In this document: piece after piece, positions 11,951 to 22,735 of the stretch
How positions within the stretch are numbered: position 1 is the first letter of the stretch
How the letters are laid out: each line of letters begins with the position of its first letter
Assembly: GCA_951406725.2 (NCBI GenBank)
Contig: OX597835.1
Coordinates: 42,346,001-42,410,000, forward strand
From: Octopus vulgaris
Taxonomy: Eukaryota
DNA: 64,000 nt
Direction: 5' to 3'
Position numbers and translations under genes: made by a program
Notes under the pieces: model-generated
Told to the model about the DNA's origin: nothing
Seen by the model: the letters and a program-made list of their open reading frames with translations, nothing else
Database searches by the model: none

Positions 11951-12550
11951 GTAAGAAACACATTTTGCTTTTTCCCTTTTTCTTGTTTTCCTTCTCACAC
12001 CTGGATTTAAAGATTATATCTTCCTAAACTAACACCTGCATTGTTACCTCAGAATGAATGACAGACAAAATGCCAATGATAATAATAATAATAATAATAA
12101 TAATCCTTTCTACTAAAGGCACAAGGCTTGAAATTTTGGGGTGAAGGGTAAGTCAATTACATCGACCCCAGTGTTTCACTGGTACTTAATTTATCGACCC
12201 TGAAAGGATGAAAGGCTAAGTTGACCTCAGGAGAATTTCAACTCAGAATGTAAAGATAGACGAAATACCACTAAGCATTTTGCCTGGCATGCTAACGATT
12301 CTGCCAGCTCACTGCCTTAATAACAATAGCAACAACAACAATTCTTTCTGCTATAGACAAAAGGCCTGAAACTTTGGGGTGGAGGGTAAGTCAATTACAC
12401 ACCAACCCCAGTGCTCAACTGGTATTGACCCTGAAAGGCAATGTTGACCTTCAGTGAGATTTGAAATCAGAATGTAAAGAAATGCTGCTAAAGTGTTTTG
12501 TTCAACACACAAACAATTCTGCCAGATTGCCACCATAATAATAATAATAA

Positions 12551-12905
12551 TAAGGGCATTCAGAGAGCGCAAACCCCTTCAAGGCAGCACTAATGCCCTC
12601 TCAACGATTAGCCAGATATGATTTTTAAAATGAGAATATCTAAAATAAACTCCACTGCTCTCACAAATGAGAATACTAAAAATGAACCCGACTGCTCTCA
12701 AGGACAGGAAAAAACAATCCAGAATCCTTGTCCGATACCAGATCGATGCCCAAATCTAATCAGGTCATGCTAGTTACTAGGATAAACATCCTTGAAAGTT
12801 TCATCTAAATCCATCCAGCGGTTCTTGAGATATCTTGTCCACGGACAAACAAACAAACAAACACGACTGAAAACAATACCTCTGCCTTCACTAAGGCAGA
12901 GGTAA
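12551..12905 (+). mobile_element. Helentron-associated non-autonomous element (DINE-1/HINE-like)
   Basis: aagtttcat...ggttcttgagat core, (AAAC)n microsatellite, and a perfect 12-bp terminal hairpin tacctctgcctt-cact-aaggcagaggta at 12877-12904; T/A-rich insertion site. Confidence 0.65.
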
Positions 12906-13545
12906 TAATAATAATAATAATAAACAATAATCCTTTCTACTATAGGCACAAGGCTGGGAATTTGGGGGAGAGTGATAGTTGATTACATCCACCCCAGTGT
13001 GTAACTGGTATTTATTTCAGTTGACCCTGAAAGGATGAAAGGCAAAGTTGACCTTGTTAGAATTTGAACTCAGAATGTAGTGACAGGTGAAATACCACGA
13101 AGCGTGCAAGCGATTCTGCCAGCTCACCACCTTGATGATGATGATGACAGTTTCTTAGATAAACACAGGTTTCAGATCTTTGGAGAAGAGGAACTACATT
13201 GTGGGCTTCAAATTCAATATATTGCTGAGGGTGGTGGGAAAAATCTTTCCTCTCTCAGCATCAGTTGTGCTCCATCAATGAGGCACATCAACATTACACA
13301 TCCAATGGAGCATTTCAAAAAGCATCGGAAACAACTCCAGACATGTTCCAGTTTTATTGGAACGCCTCAGCAATATTCTTCACTGGACTTGCTAAACTGG
13401 TAATCAGAAGAGAATTGTTAACGAGATATACAATATTATACACAAATACTTTTGGATTTTTGTAAATAATTGATTTTGTATTACTTCCACTATCAAAAGC
13501 TCATGGTAACTAATTAATGCTTGTGAATTTTGCTTTCTTCCACAG

Positions 13546-13683
13546 AAACAAGCTCGTCTGAAGACAGGTAAACGCCAAGCTACAGATTCTGAGATGATTC
13601 ATGATGAAGTAGAACGTCAGATTTCTCAGTGCCAATGCCGACATCAGTTCAAAGCAGAAAGAATTCAAGATGGACAATACAGA
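13546..13683 (+). CDS. MACF1: Spectraplakin exon I, GAR domain N-half
   Basis: ttccacag|AAA...AGA|gtgagt; 138 nt; KQARLKTGKRQATDSEMIHDEVERQISQCQCRHQFKAERIQDGQYR (CxC zinc ligands). Confidence 0.94.
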
Positions 13684-15175
13684 GTGAGTTAGCCAAAAGA
13701 CCTTTTTTTTCTCTTTCCTTTATAGAATACCTTGTGGTAATCATTATCATTGTTTAATGGCCCACTTTTCAATGCTTGCATGGAACTTTTCGAGACAAAT
13801 TTTCTATGGCTTGGTGCTCCAGTTGCCAGCCCTCACCCGTTTCCAAGTAAGGTAATATTTCCCCATGACCAGACGGGTTTTCCGAGAATATTGGAAAGAA
13901 AGGACACTGCTTGTATGACAGTGGCACTCATTTACAATTACCATATGATGTCAAGGCAAGGAGACAGTTACACACATGACAAGCTTCGTTCAGTTTCCAT
14001 CTACCAAATCCACTTACAAGGCTCTGTTCAGCCTGGGGCTTTAAGTTAAAAACACTTGCCCAAAGGTGCCACACAGTGGCATTGAACCAGGAACCATGTT
14101 GTTGGGAAACAAACTTCTTACCACACGACCATGTAATAAATAAATAACTTTATGTGTGTGAAGACATGTGGCTTAATGGTTAGGGCATTTGGCTCACAAT
14201 TGTAAGGTCAGGAGTTCAATTCCCAGTGATGTGTTGTGTCCTTGAGCAAGACACTTTATTTCACATTGCTCCAGTCCACTCAGCTGGCAAAAATGAGTTG
14301 TACCTGTATTTCAAAGGGCCGGCCTTGTTACATTGAATCTCCCTGAGAACTACGTTAAGGGTACACGTGTCTGTGGAGTGCTGCTCAGCGACTTGCACCG
14401 TTAATTTCACGAGCAGGCTGTTCCATAGATCATATCAGTTGGGACCCTCGTCATCATAACTGACATGGTGCTCCAACATTGGTTACAAATTTTGGCACAA
14501 AGCCAGCAGTTTTGATAGAGGAGGTAAGTTGATTACATCAACCCTAGTACACCACTGGTACTTATTTTATCAACCCTGAAATAATGAAAGGCAAAGTCGA
14601 CCTCGGAGGAATTTGAACTCAGAATGTAAAGACAAATGAAATGCTTCGCAGCATTTCCCCGATGTGCTGACCATTCTGCCAGCTCCACTGCCTTTAGTAC
14701 AGAATGTAAGATGGCTTGCAAATTTTGGCACCAGCCCACTGACATAGCGAGAGGGGGCGGTTAGTCGATTACATTGACCCCAGTGTTCAACTGGTACTTA
14801 TCTCATTGCTATTTCATCTTTTTGTGGTCAAAGTGAACCTTGGCAGCATTTGAGAGTACATCATCATCATTATCATCATCGTTTAACGTCCATTTTTCCA
14901 TGCTGGCATAGGTTGGACAGTTTAACTGAAGTCTGGAAAGCCAGTGGCTGTACCAGGTTCAAATCTGATCTGGCAGTATTTCTACAGCTGGATGCCCTTC
15001 CTAACACCAACTACACCGAGAGTGTAGTGGGTGCTTTTTACATGCCGCCGGACAGGAGTTATATTACAGAGTGTTATATTTAGAAGTGAATGACCAAAGA
15101 CCTGGAAACCATTTCCTGTCTTGACCTCCTCTTGTTTAAATCCGGTAAATTATATTTTCCATTTTTCTGTTTCAG

Positions 15176-15293
15176 TTTGGTGAGAATCTGAAATTGAAGT
15201 TGGTCCGCTTCCTTAACAGTTGTGTGATGGTGAGAGTTGGTGGAGGTTGGGTTACGCTTGATGAATTCTTGGAAACCAACGATCCTTGCCGAG
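15176..15293 (+). CDS. MACF1: Spectraplakin exon J, GAR domain C-half
   Basis: gtttcag|TTT...CGAG|gtaggt; 118 nt, phase 0-1; [39 protein letters not shown], with the GAS2 signature [18 protein letters not shown]. Confidence 0.96.
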
Positions 15294-15297
15294 GTAG

Positions 15298-15482
15298 GTT
15301 CCACTCTATTTCAAGTTCCACTCTATTTCAAGTTCCACTCTATTTCAAGTTCCACTCTATTTCAAGTTCCACTCTATTTCAAGTTACACTCTATTTCAAG
15401 TTCCACTCTATTTCAAGTTCCACTCTATTTCAAGTTCCACTCTATTTCAAGTTCCACTCTATTTCAAGTTCCACTCTATTTC
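15298..15482 (+). repeat. 17-bp minisatellite (GTTCCACTCTATTTCAA) x ~11
   Basis: Direct count; one variant unit (GTTACAC...) at 15383; starts at intron position +5. Confidence 0.97.
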
Positions 15483-15799
15483 CATGGTATTTTGTAACCG
15501 ATTCTTTTGCATCAGGAATGATTTGTTTTTAGACTGTTAATAACTGTACTAATTCATTATTCATTAACTCTTTTGCATGAAATTAATTTGTGTTGTTTTT
15601 ATTGTTGTTTGTGTGTGTTTAAAGAAATATAAATGGAAGTTTAGGTATTTCCATTTAGAAAGACAGTTTTAAATGTTGGATATTGTTGAATATTTCTTGT
15701 CATCTCCAAAACCAGGATCTTGGCTCATTAGGAGTTCATAGAAATCAATTGTTGAGATGAAGTTTCTCTAAGTTTTTTCTCAGTTTATGAAACTTCACA

Positions 15800-16125
15800 T
15801 CGATTGAGAATTCTTAATCGTTTCTTAGTTAATAAATCATTAACAATTGTGAATCAACTGATTAATAATTCTTAATCAATTGTGAATCAATCGTTTAATC
15901 ATTCTTAATCAATTTTGAATCGATTGATTAATCATTCTTAACCTCAGATGTTAATAAATCATTAATCAATCATATATCAATTGATTTGTAATTCTCAATC
16001 AATTCTTTCTCAATTGCTAATGAAATTCTTAACCAATTGATTAACAAATTGTAATCAATCTTTAATCAGTTGTTAAATTGTTTATCAATTTTTGATCGAA
16101 TATTTTAATTGATTACCAATTTCTA
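15800..16125. repeat. Degenerate AT-rich minisatellite (aatcaattg...attaat...ttctt units)
   Basis: Repeated ttcttaatcaatt/gattaat motifs at roughly 30-bp period. Confidence 0.7.
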
Positions 16126-16819
16126 AATCTGTCTGCATGAAAACATGATTTACTAATTTTTGAGAAAATGGTTTTTCATCAGAATTAATAATTACAGCAG
16201 TTTTTGATAACCCTAACAATGCCATCATACCAGTGTTGGGTATTTTCAATTTTTTAAAATTATTATTTATCAGTGAACAGTTGTGTCGAGAGAAATAGAG
16301 GTTGGAGGATATACATGAGACAACTAACATACCATTAAATAACAGTGGTTACTTTTTGACTCTCTCACATTATCATTGTTACTAAAGGAAACTGAGTGAC
16401 TGGCTGGATGTATGGACATGACCAGTGCTTGTTGGAAAGAGAAAGGAGGTCTGTGTTGGTGTAGACATGCAATGTGAAGGGGTTACTTGCAATTGGTGAT
16501 AAGGGGTATTATGCATTGTGTAGCCATGGTGAAGAAAGATTAAGAAGAGATGAGGTATGATCTGAAGGTGTTAGGTGAAATAGCAAAAGACGATGAGAAG
16601 CCGTGATATGATGGCCAGCACACACATCGAACCGAGTTATTATAGGACAGAAGAATAAATATTAAAATGGCAACAATGCCTCTCCAGACTTGGGGATCTA
16701 ATTCAAGATGGTTTGGGGGTGGGATGCGAAGCAAGAAGGAACAAGTAGAAATAATTAATGAAAAAGAAAAAAAATTTGAAATGGGTTTAGAATTGTAGTT
16801 AAAATGGAATGAGCTCTTC

Positions 16820-17095
16820 TTCTAAGGACACCTCACCCTCTCAGGATGGTGAGGGAGATGCGCTGAACGGTCACTCTGACTCACGGGGGTCTTTTGCACT
16901 TGGGGATAACCATCTTCACTCTAGTAGCAGGGAGCAGGGACATGGTCTGGGGCTGAGGACGCCAGAGGTCTCCACTGTCACAGGCTTTACCATGAGCCTG
17001 TCAGAGTGCAACCAATTCTTTGACCGTTTGCTTTTCTCAGCCTGACAAGCAATGAAGCTTGGGCTGGCAGCTGACCATACCAAGTTGTTGGCTTA
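16820..17095 (-). mobile_element. Decayed CRE-like (RLE-endonuclease) non-LTR retrotransposon C-terminus
   Basis: Minus-strand translation ACQAEKSKRSKNW..SDRLMVKPVTVETSGVLSP...DPRESE*..QRISLTILRG fits the AE..K..KY...P.AVET.G...QRISLA..RGN pattern. Confidence 0.65.
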
Positions 17096-18192
17096 GATAT
17101 AAGAGAAGCTTCCTACTGTGGAGGTGTGTGTGTGGGGAGGGGGTAGAATCTCATCCATGGGGACATGTAGGAAAATATGGAGATGAGGCAGTGAGAGATA
17201 TTTAGAGTGTAGAGATTAGATATAAGATTGAAGAGGGTTAATGGTTAGGGTTTAAGTTGGGATGGCAGCAGTGGAGGGTCGTGTCAATAATATTGAAGCT
17301 GTTCCTTTTTTTGTAAAAGTATTTCCAGACATTCTAGAAAGATCCACATGGAGCACTGGTGCTGGTGGGTTAAAATTGTGTGTCTAGTAAATGTATGTAT
17401 GCATTGTGTGTATACACATACATGTGTAATTATTTAGAAATATATTAATTTTTACAAGGTAAAACTTGAAAAGTGGTTTAGAAGTCTCTGTAAACCGTTT
17501 CCATATAAGAATTAGTAAGGTACTCCTCTAAGAGCTATTGTTTGATCCTTTAAGTCAATGTCCAAATGTTTGTCTATATACCATTTACATAAAAGCAATG
17601 TTCTATATATATATATATATGCATGTTGTGTATAGTTCTGTGTATGTGAAAGCACATGGCTTAGCGGTTAGAGCATCGGGTTTACAATTTGGAGGTAGTG
17701 AGTTCGATTCCCAGACCAGACTGTGTGTTGTGTTCTTGAGCAAGACCCTTTACTTCACATTGCTCCAGTTCACTCAGCTGTAGAAATGAGTTGTGACGTC
17801 ACTGGTATCAATCCATATCGGCCCCTTTGCCTTCCGCTTGGATAACATCGGTGGCATGGAGAAGGGAAGCTGGTCTTCCATAAACTGCCTTGCTTGGACT
17901 TGTACCTTGAAGAGGGACTTTCTAGGTTCAATCCCATGGTCATTCCCATGGACTGAATTGAGTGGGTGGGGGGTCTTTTATAGTTATGTATGCTTATGTT
18001 GTACTTAGTTGCCTATATATATGTGTATATATATATATATGTGCGTGTGTGTGTTGTATAGTTGCATATGTTCATGTTATGTACTGTTGTGTGTTTGTGT
18101 ATATCTATGTTGTGCATAGTTGCAAATTATACATTATTCAGTGGTGGATGTGTGTAAATAGTTTAGTTGAATGTTGTGTATGGTTTTTGTAG

Positions 18193-18248
18193 CCATGAAT
18201 GGCCGTCAACTGACATTCAAATTTAGCCCCAAATGTTACAAGTATTGA
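18193..18248 (+). CDS. Candidate alternative terminal exon after GAR (AMNGRQLTFKFSPKCYKY*)
   Basis: ggtttttgtag acceptor, phase 1 compatible with exon J; unique sequence amid low complexity; AT-rich downstream with AATAAA at 18702. Confidence 0.25.
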
Positions 18249-19071
18249 TGGGGCGAGCATAGCAAATGTGTCGAGTTGAAAATTTGTGAACTTTGCCAAC
18301 CCATTGTACACAACCTGGACATCTATACACACATTATTTGTAGTGTTGGCTATAGAATCTGGATCCTTTTTTTTTTTTTTTTTTTTTTTGCATTTGAAAT
18401 TCTGTTTGTGTTTTTCCTTGATTTTTATAGTTTGACCGTTTCAATTTCAGCACCTGACATTCAGGTTTTATGAGTTGACATAAGGCTGTATGTATGTTTA
18501 ATATGATATAAAATATAATATATACAATATAAAATATACTTTATATTATATAAAATATATTTTATACAACAAGAAATATTATATTTTGTATGAGGTGTTG
18601 TTTTATGTGACACATTGATATTCGGAAATAATAATCTAATGATTTTCTTTTCTTTTTTGTTATATAATAATAACGATAATAATAATAATAATAATAACGA
18701 TAATAAACCAATGAGCAGCTTATGATTTTAAATGTTAATGTTAAGGTTTTTAAAAAATTTAATTTCTTTTAACATTTGTTGATTACGAAACATTTTAATA
18801 ATTGATCGCTAATGGAAAACATCCAAAAATTCTTCAAGAAAAATACAAAAAAAAAAAAAGAAGTTATTTTCGGATGCATTTTTTTTGTTAACATTTTCTT
18901 TTTGTTTCGTTTGTCTCATTAATAATTATTATGCTTAATCTAAATAATATAACATTAACAAATTTCCTCGAAATACATAAATGCCGCCTGTATTTTTCTC
19001 ATGGGTGGTTTCACTGAAGTGAAATAAAGATTATAAGGATATTGATTGGAATCAAATGTTTGCCCCTGCAG

Positions 19072-19200
19072 CGAAAAACCGAACCAACACAGAACTCCGA
19101 GAGCAATTTGTGCTGGCAGACGGAGTGTCGCAGACCAGAGCAGCTTTCCGGTCTAAAACTCCTGATCCGACAATGTATAAAAAGCGAGGATCCGATGCAG
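19072..19200 (+). CDS. MACF1: Spectraplakin exon K, post-GAR conserved segment
   Basis: cccctgcag|CG...GCAG|gtagtt; 129 nt, phase 1-1; (A)KNRTNTELREQFVLADGVSQTRAAFRSKTPDPTMYKKRGSDA, matching the Shot-type motif GRTN.ELREQF.LADGVSQ. Confidence 0.93.
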
Positions 19201-22200
19201 GTAGTTAAAAAAAAATCACTGAGGGCAACAGTCTTGCATTCTATATTCCCTGCCGTTTCACTCTGCTCTGTAGATTGCATCCAGTACTCATTTAACAATT
19301 ATATATTCTGAGGAATAAATTAACGAACCAATCATATTAAAGTATCTTTTTCTCCTTCACATAGATGGAGCCACCACATGGTCACTAGATTGACTAGAAA
19401 TAGCAGCTGGATCTCACTCGTATCATGTTCTAGGGTAGTGGTTCTCAACCGGGGTTCATGGAGCCTCTACATGTTGAATATGCTACATGGTTACATTTGT
19501 CTTTTGCTTGTTTCAGTCATTAGACTGCGGCCATGCTGGGGCATTACTAGTCAACTATATCAACTCCTGTATTTATTTTAACTTTTAAACCAGTCACTTG
19601 TACTATCAGTCTTTTTTGTCGAACTGCTAGGTTATGGGGACGTAAACACACACACGACAAGGCTTCTTTCAGTTTCCATCTACGAAATCCACTCACAAGG
19701 CTTTAGTCAGCCCGAGGCTAGAGTAGAAGACACTTTGCCCAAGGTACCATGCTGTGGAACTGAACCCGGAACCATGTGGTTGGAAAGCAAGCTTCTTAAC
19801 TACACAGCCATGCCTTCACCTATGTTTATTTCTGTAATTAACAGTCCACATGGTTATATTTGCATATAACACTACATGGCTGTAGCTATTATTTAATGCT
19901 ACATGTTTGTATTATTTCAATTTGTTTGTTAACTAAAATGACTGCCAAAGAATGTAAAGAACTCTGTTGTGGGAGCCTGCATGTGGTCAAACTGCTAGAA
20001 ACAGCAGTCAAATATTTCTCAAACCACACCCTTACATCTTAAAAAGAAGAAGGATGCATTTGATAATGTAGTTGTAGATATAAAAACGAAAAATACACCC
20101 CACCTCCCACACTGGATTGCCATGACTGAAACACCTACACCCAGAGCCTTGCTGTATCAAGGTTAACTTGGTGTGTGTGTTGGGGGTGGCTTGTATGCCA
20201 GGCATCATCGTCATCATTTAAATTATCCTTTAACGTCCATTTTCCATGCTGGCATGGGTTGGGCAGTTGTTTGGCCAGAGCACCAGGTTCCAGTCTGATT
20301 TGACTTGGTCTCTACAGCTGGACACCCTTCCTAATGCCAGCCATTTTACAGTGTGGCCCGGGTGCTCTTTATGTAGCACTGGCACAGAGCTCTTGAAGGC
20401 CAATCCTCTTCATCAGGAGATGTGGTCTTAACACTTTCTGCTGTGGAGGTGGTGGGGTCTTCTTGAGTACAGCAAGGGGCCTGGGATGTCAGTCTTTTGT
20501 CATCCTTCAGCACTTTGTCCCATGTCTTCAGGATCTCCCTCTTCTATGAGAGATCGGCACTTCTGTATGGAGCTATCAGCATCCACCTGCATCACATGAC
20601 CAAAGCATCACATGCAGTTAATGGGAAAGGGTCCTTTAGTGTGGTACCTTCCTTTTTCTCAGGTGTAAAAAGATCCTGAAATTTGATTGGTTCTTCAATA
20701 TTTTTTTTTTTGTTGGGGTGTGGGAAGAGAGTAAAATTTTTTCCTCATTATTATAATTGTTAAAAAACTTTCTCTTCACCTTCCCTTCTCTATTCTGTTG
20801 CAGCAAAACCCCTTTCAACAACCTTATTATCCTGGACACCAAACAGTTTCCCCTCCTTCTCCTTCCTTCACCTCTCTCCTCTAATGTTTTCCTTTTTTTT
20901 CTTTTTCTCTCTGGCAATTAGTGGTCTCCGGATTCCGCTTATTAATACAGAATTCTTCTTTGCTTTTTTAAAGATTTGCTTATTTCCAAAACCCTAGCAG
21001 CAACAGCAGCAGCATTCTGAAATGTAGGACGAAACCCAAACAAAATTATTGTCAAATACAAAAATATTAGCCTTTTTCTTTGTTTTGATGGAAAAGAGAG
21101 AAAATCAATGTCTTGTTACTGTTTTCAATCAGCAAAGAAGACATTCTTTCCCAAAGTTCCAAATCAAAAAAGGAAAAAAAAAATATTTATTTCTTGCTTG
21201 CTTTAAGCTTCTCCAAGATTCTTCTAGCAAATTGGAAATTTTGCACAACGCTTTTGGTTATTTTAAAATTCTTTACTTTCTGAAGCTGGGTTCAAGTTCA
21301 TTATTGAAATTTTATATTTGTGTATGAGTGTACATGCGTGCATGTAAACATGTGTTTGTGTGTGCATATATAATGCATACATTTGCATATAGGCATGCAT
21401 ATGTGTGTAATATATATATACACACACATATTTAATCTAAGTGCATATTATATGAACATATATATCTGTATGTTCACACACACACATATATATATATGCA
21501 TATAATTATTTTTCTTGTGTTTATGATTTCAAGGTGACACATTTTGTCAATTCCTAAAATCCAAATAATCACTCGACAGATTTCTTTTGTATTTCAACTT
21601 CAATTTACCAATTTTCTTTTTCCTTTTTTCCTTTGCTTTTTCCTTTGAAATGTTTATCATAAATCTGAGAATTCCAAACGTATTCCTGTGGATCCAGGAT
21701 ATCCTTAACCTTCTGTTGTCACGGTTCTTTTTTAATGCGTTACTTTTGTTTCAAAGAATTTTGATAATTTGTTCCAAACACCAGCACAATAATGAGTTGT
21801 TTTACTAAATTCTTCATTATTAACATGGAATTTTGATGGAAGGATTTAGTTTGTATCAGAACCAGGGGCAGTCTCGAGCAGATTGGTATCAATAGGGTTA
21901 AACTATAAAAAAAAAAACAATTACCAAAATTAACTTAGATATTCTTCATAGCTGGAAATGCAGAAAGAACAAGAGTTTAAAGAAAGATAGTATTTGGTTA
22001 CTTTGATTGCCGATGGTATATTGTATAATTTCAGGTCAGCGCTAACTGGAATTCCTCTCTAAAGGAATTCTAGTCATGGTCATTCCAGTTTCACTTGGGA
22101 CCATGTTAGTTAATCAGTCTTTCTTTTTTTTTTCAAGATGATTGTGGGATTTAAAAAAAATTTGGTTGCTATTTTTAGCAGGGCATGCTATCACAAAGAC

Positions 22201-22479
22201 TCCTTTGTTAGTTCTCTGCCCTCAGGTGATAATCGTTTTCTAATTCCTAATAAACACAGGAAATCTGACAAAAAAAGAATAAAGTCAAAATGTGGAAAAT
22301 AGTTTTGTGGGAAAATGTTTCAAAAACCTGTCAAAAAACTACAATATTTGGGGTAAGGCAGCTTCAACCATTATTCATTTTATATTTGACTGGATTTTAA
22401 GTCCCATAAATATTTATTGGTTTTAGAATAGCATTTGAGGATTTTGACTGTTGGGTGTCCTACAGCTGCTGCAGTAGCA

Positions 22480-22735
22480 AGATGGTTTACATCTGTTAGT
22501 GGTACCTGCAAGTTGTACTACATCTGTTATGGTAGTAGTCAACATGTCCTGTATCTGTTGATGTAGCTACATGTCCCACATCTTTTGTTGTCATCTATCT
22601 ATTGTGGTAGCCCTTGTCTTAGATCTGTAGTGATAGATCTAATTCTACATCTGTTGGGAGTGGGAGTAGTTAGTCAGTCTGTCGTGGTAGCGAATTCAGC
22701 TACATCTGTTGTTAACCAGTTGTCGTACATGTGTT
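22480..22735. repeat. Degenerate tandem repeat (ctacatctgttgtggtag-like)
   Basis: Multiple (a)catctgtt...ggtag units. Confidence 0.65.

Noticed and set aside
15298-15482. CRISPR-like array
   Set aside because: Contiguous repeats without unique spacers, in a eukaryotic intron; it is a minisatellite.
16809-17045. 78-aa plus-strand ORF (MSSSSKDTSPSQDGEG...) as an extra spectraplakin exon
   Set aside because: In-frame TAA just upstream and no good acceptor; better explained as the antisense of a CRE-like RLE relic.
20804-20997. Possible exon after ttctgttgcag (hydrophobic frame, or QNPFQQPYYPGHQ frame)
   Set aside because: Pyrimidine-rich DNA is naturally stop-poor; the more protein-like frame is out of phase with exon K; no donor found.
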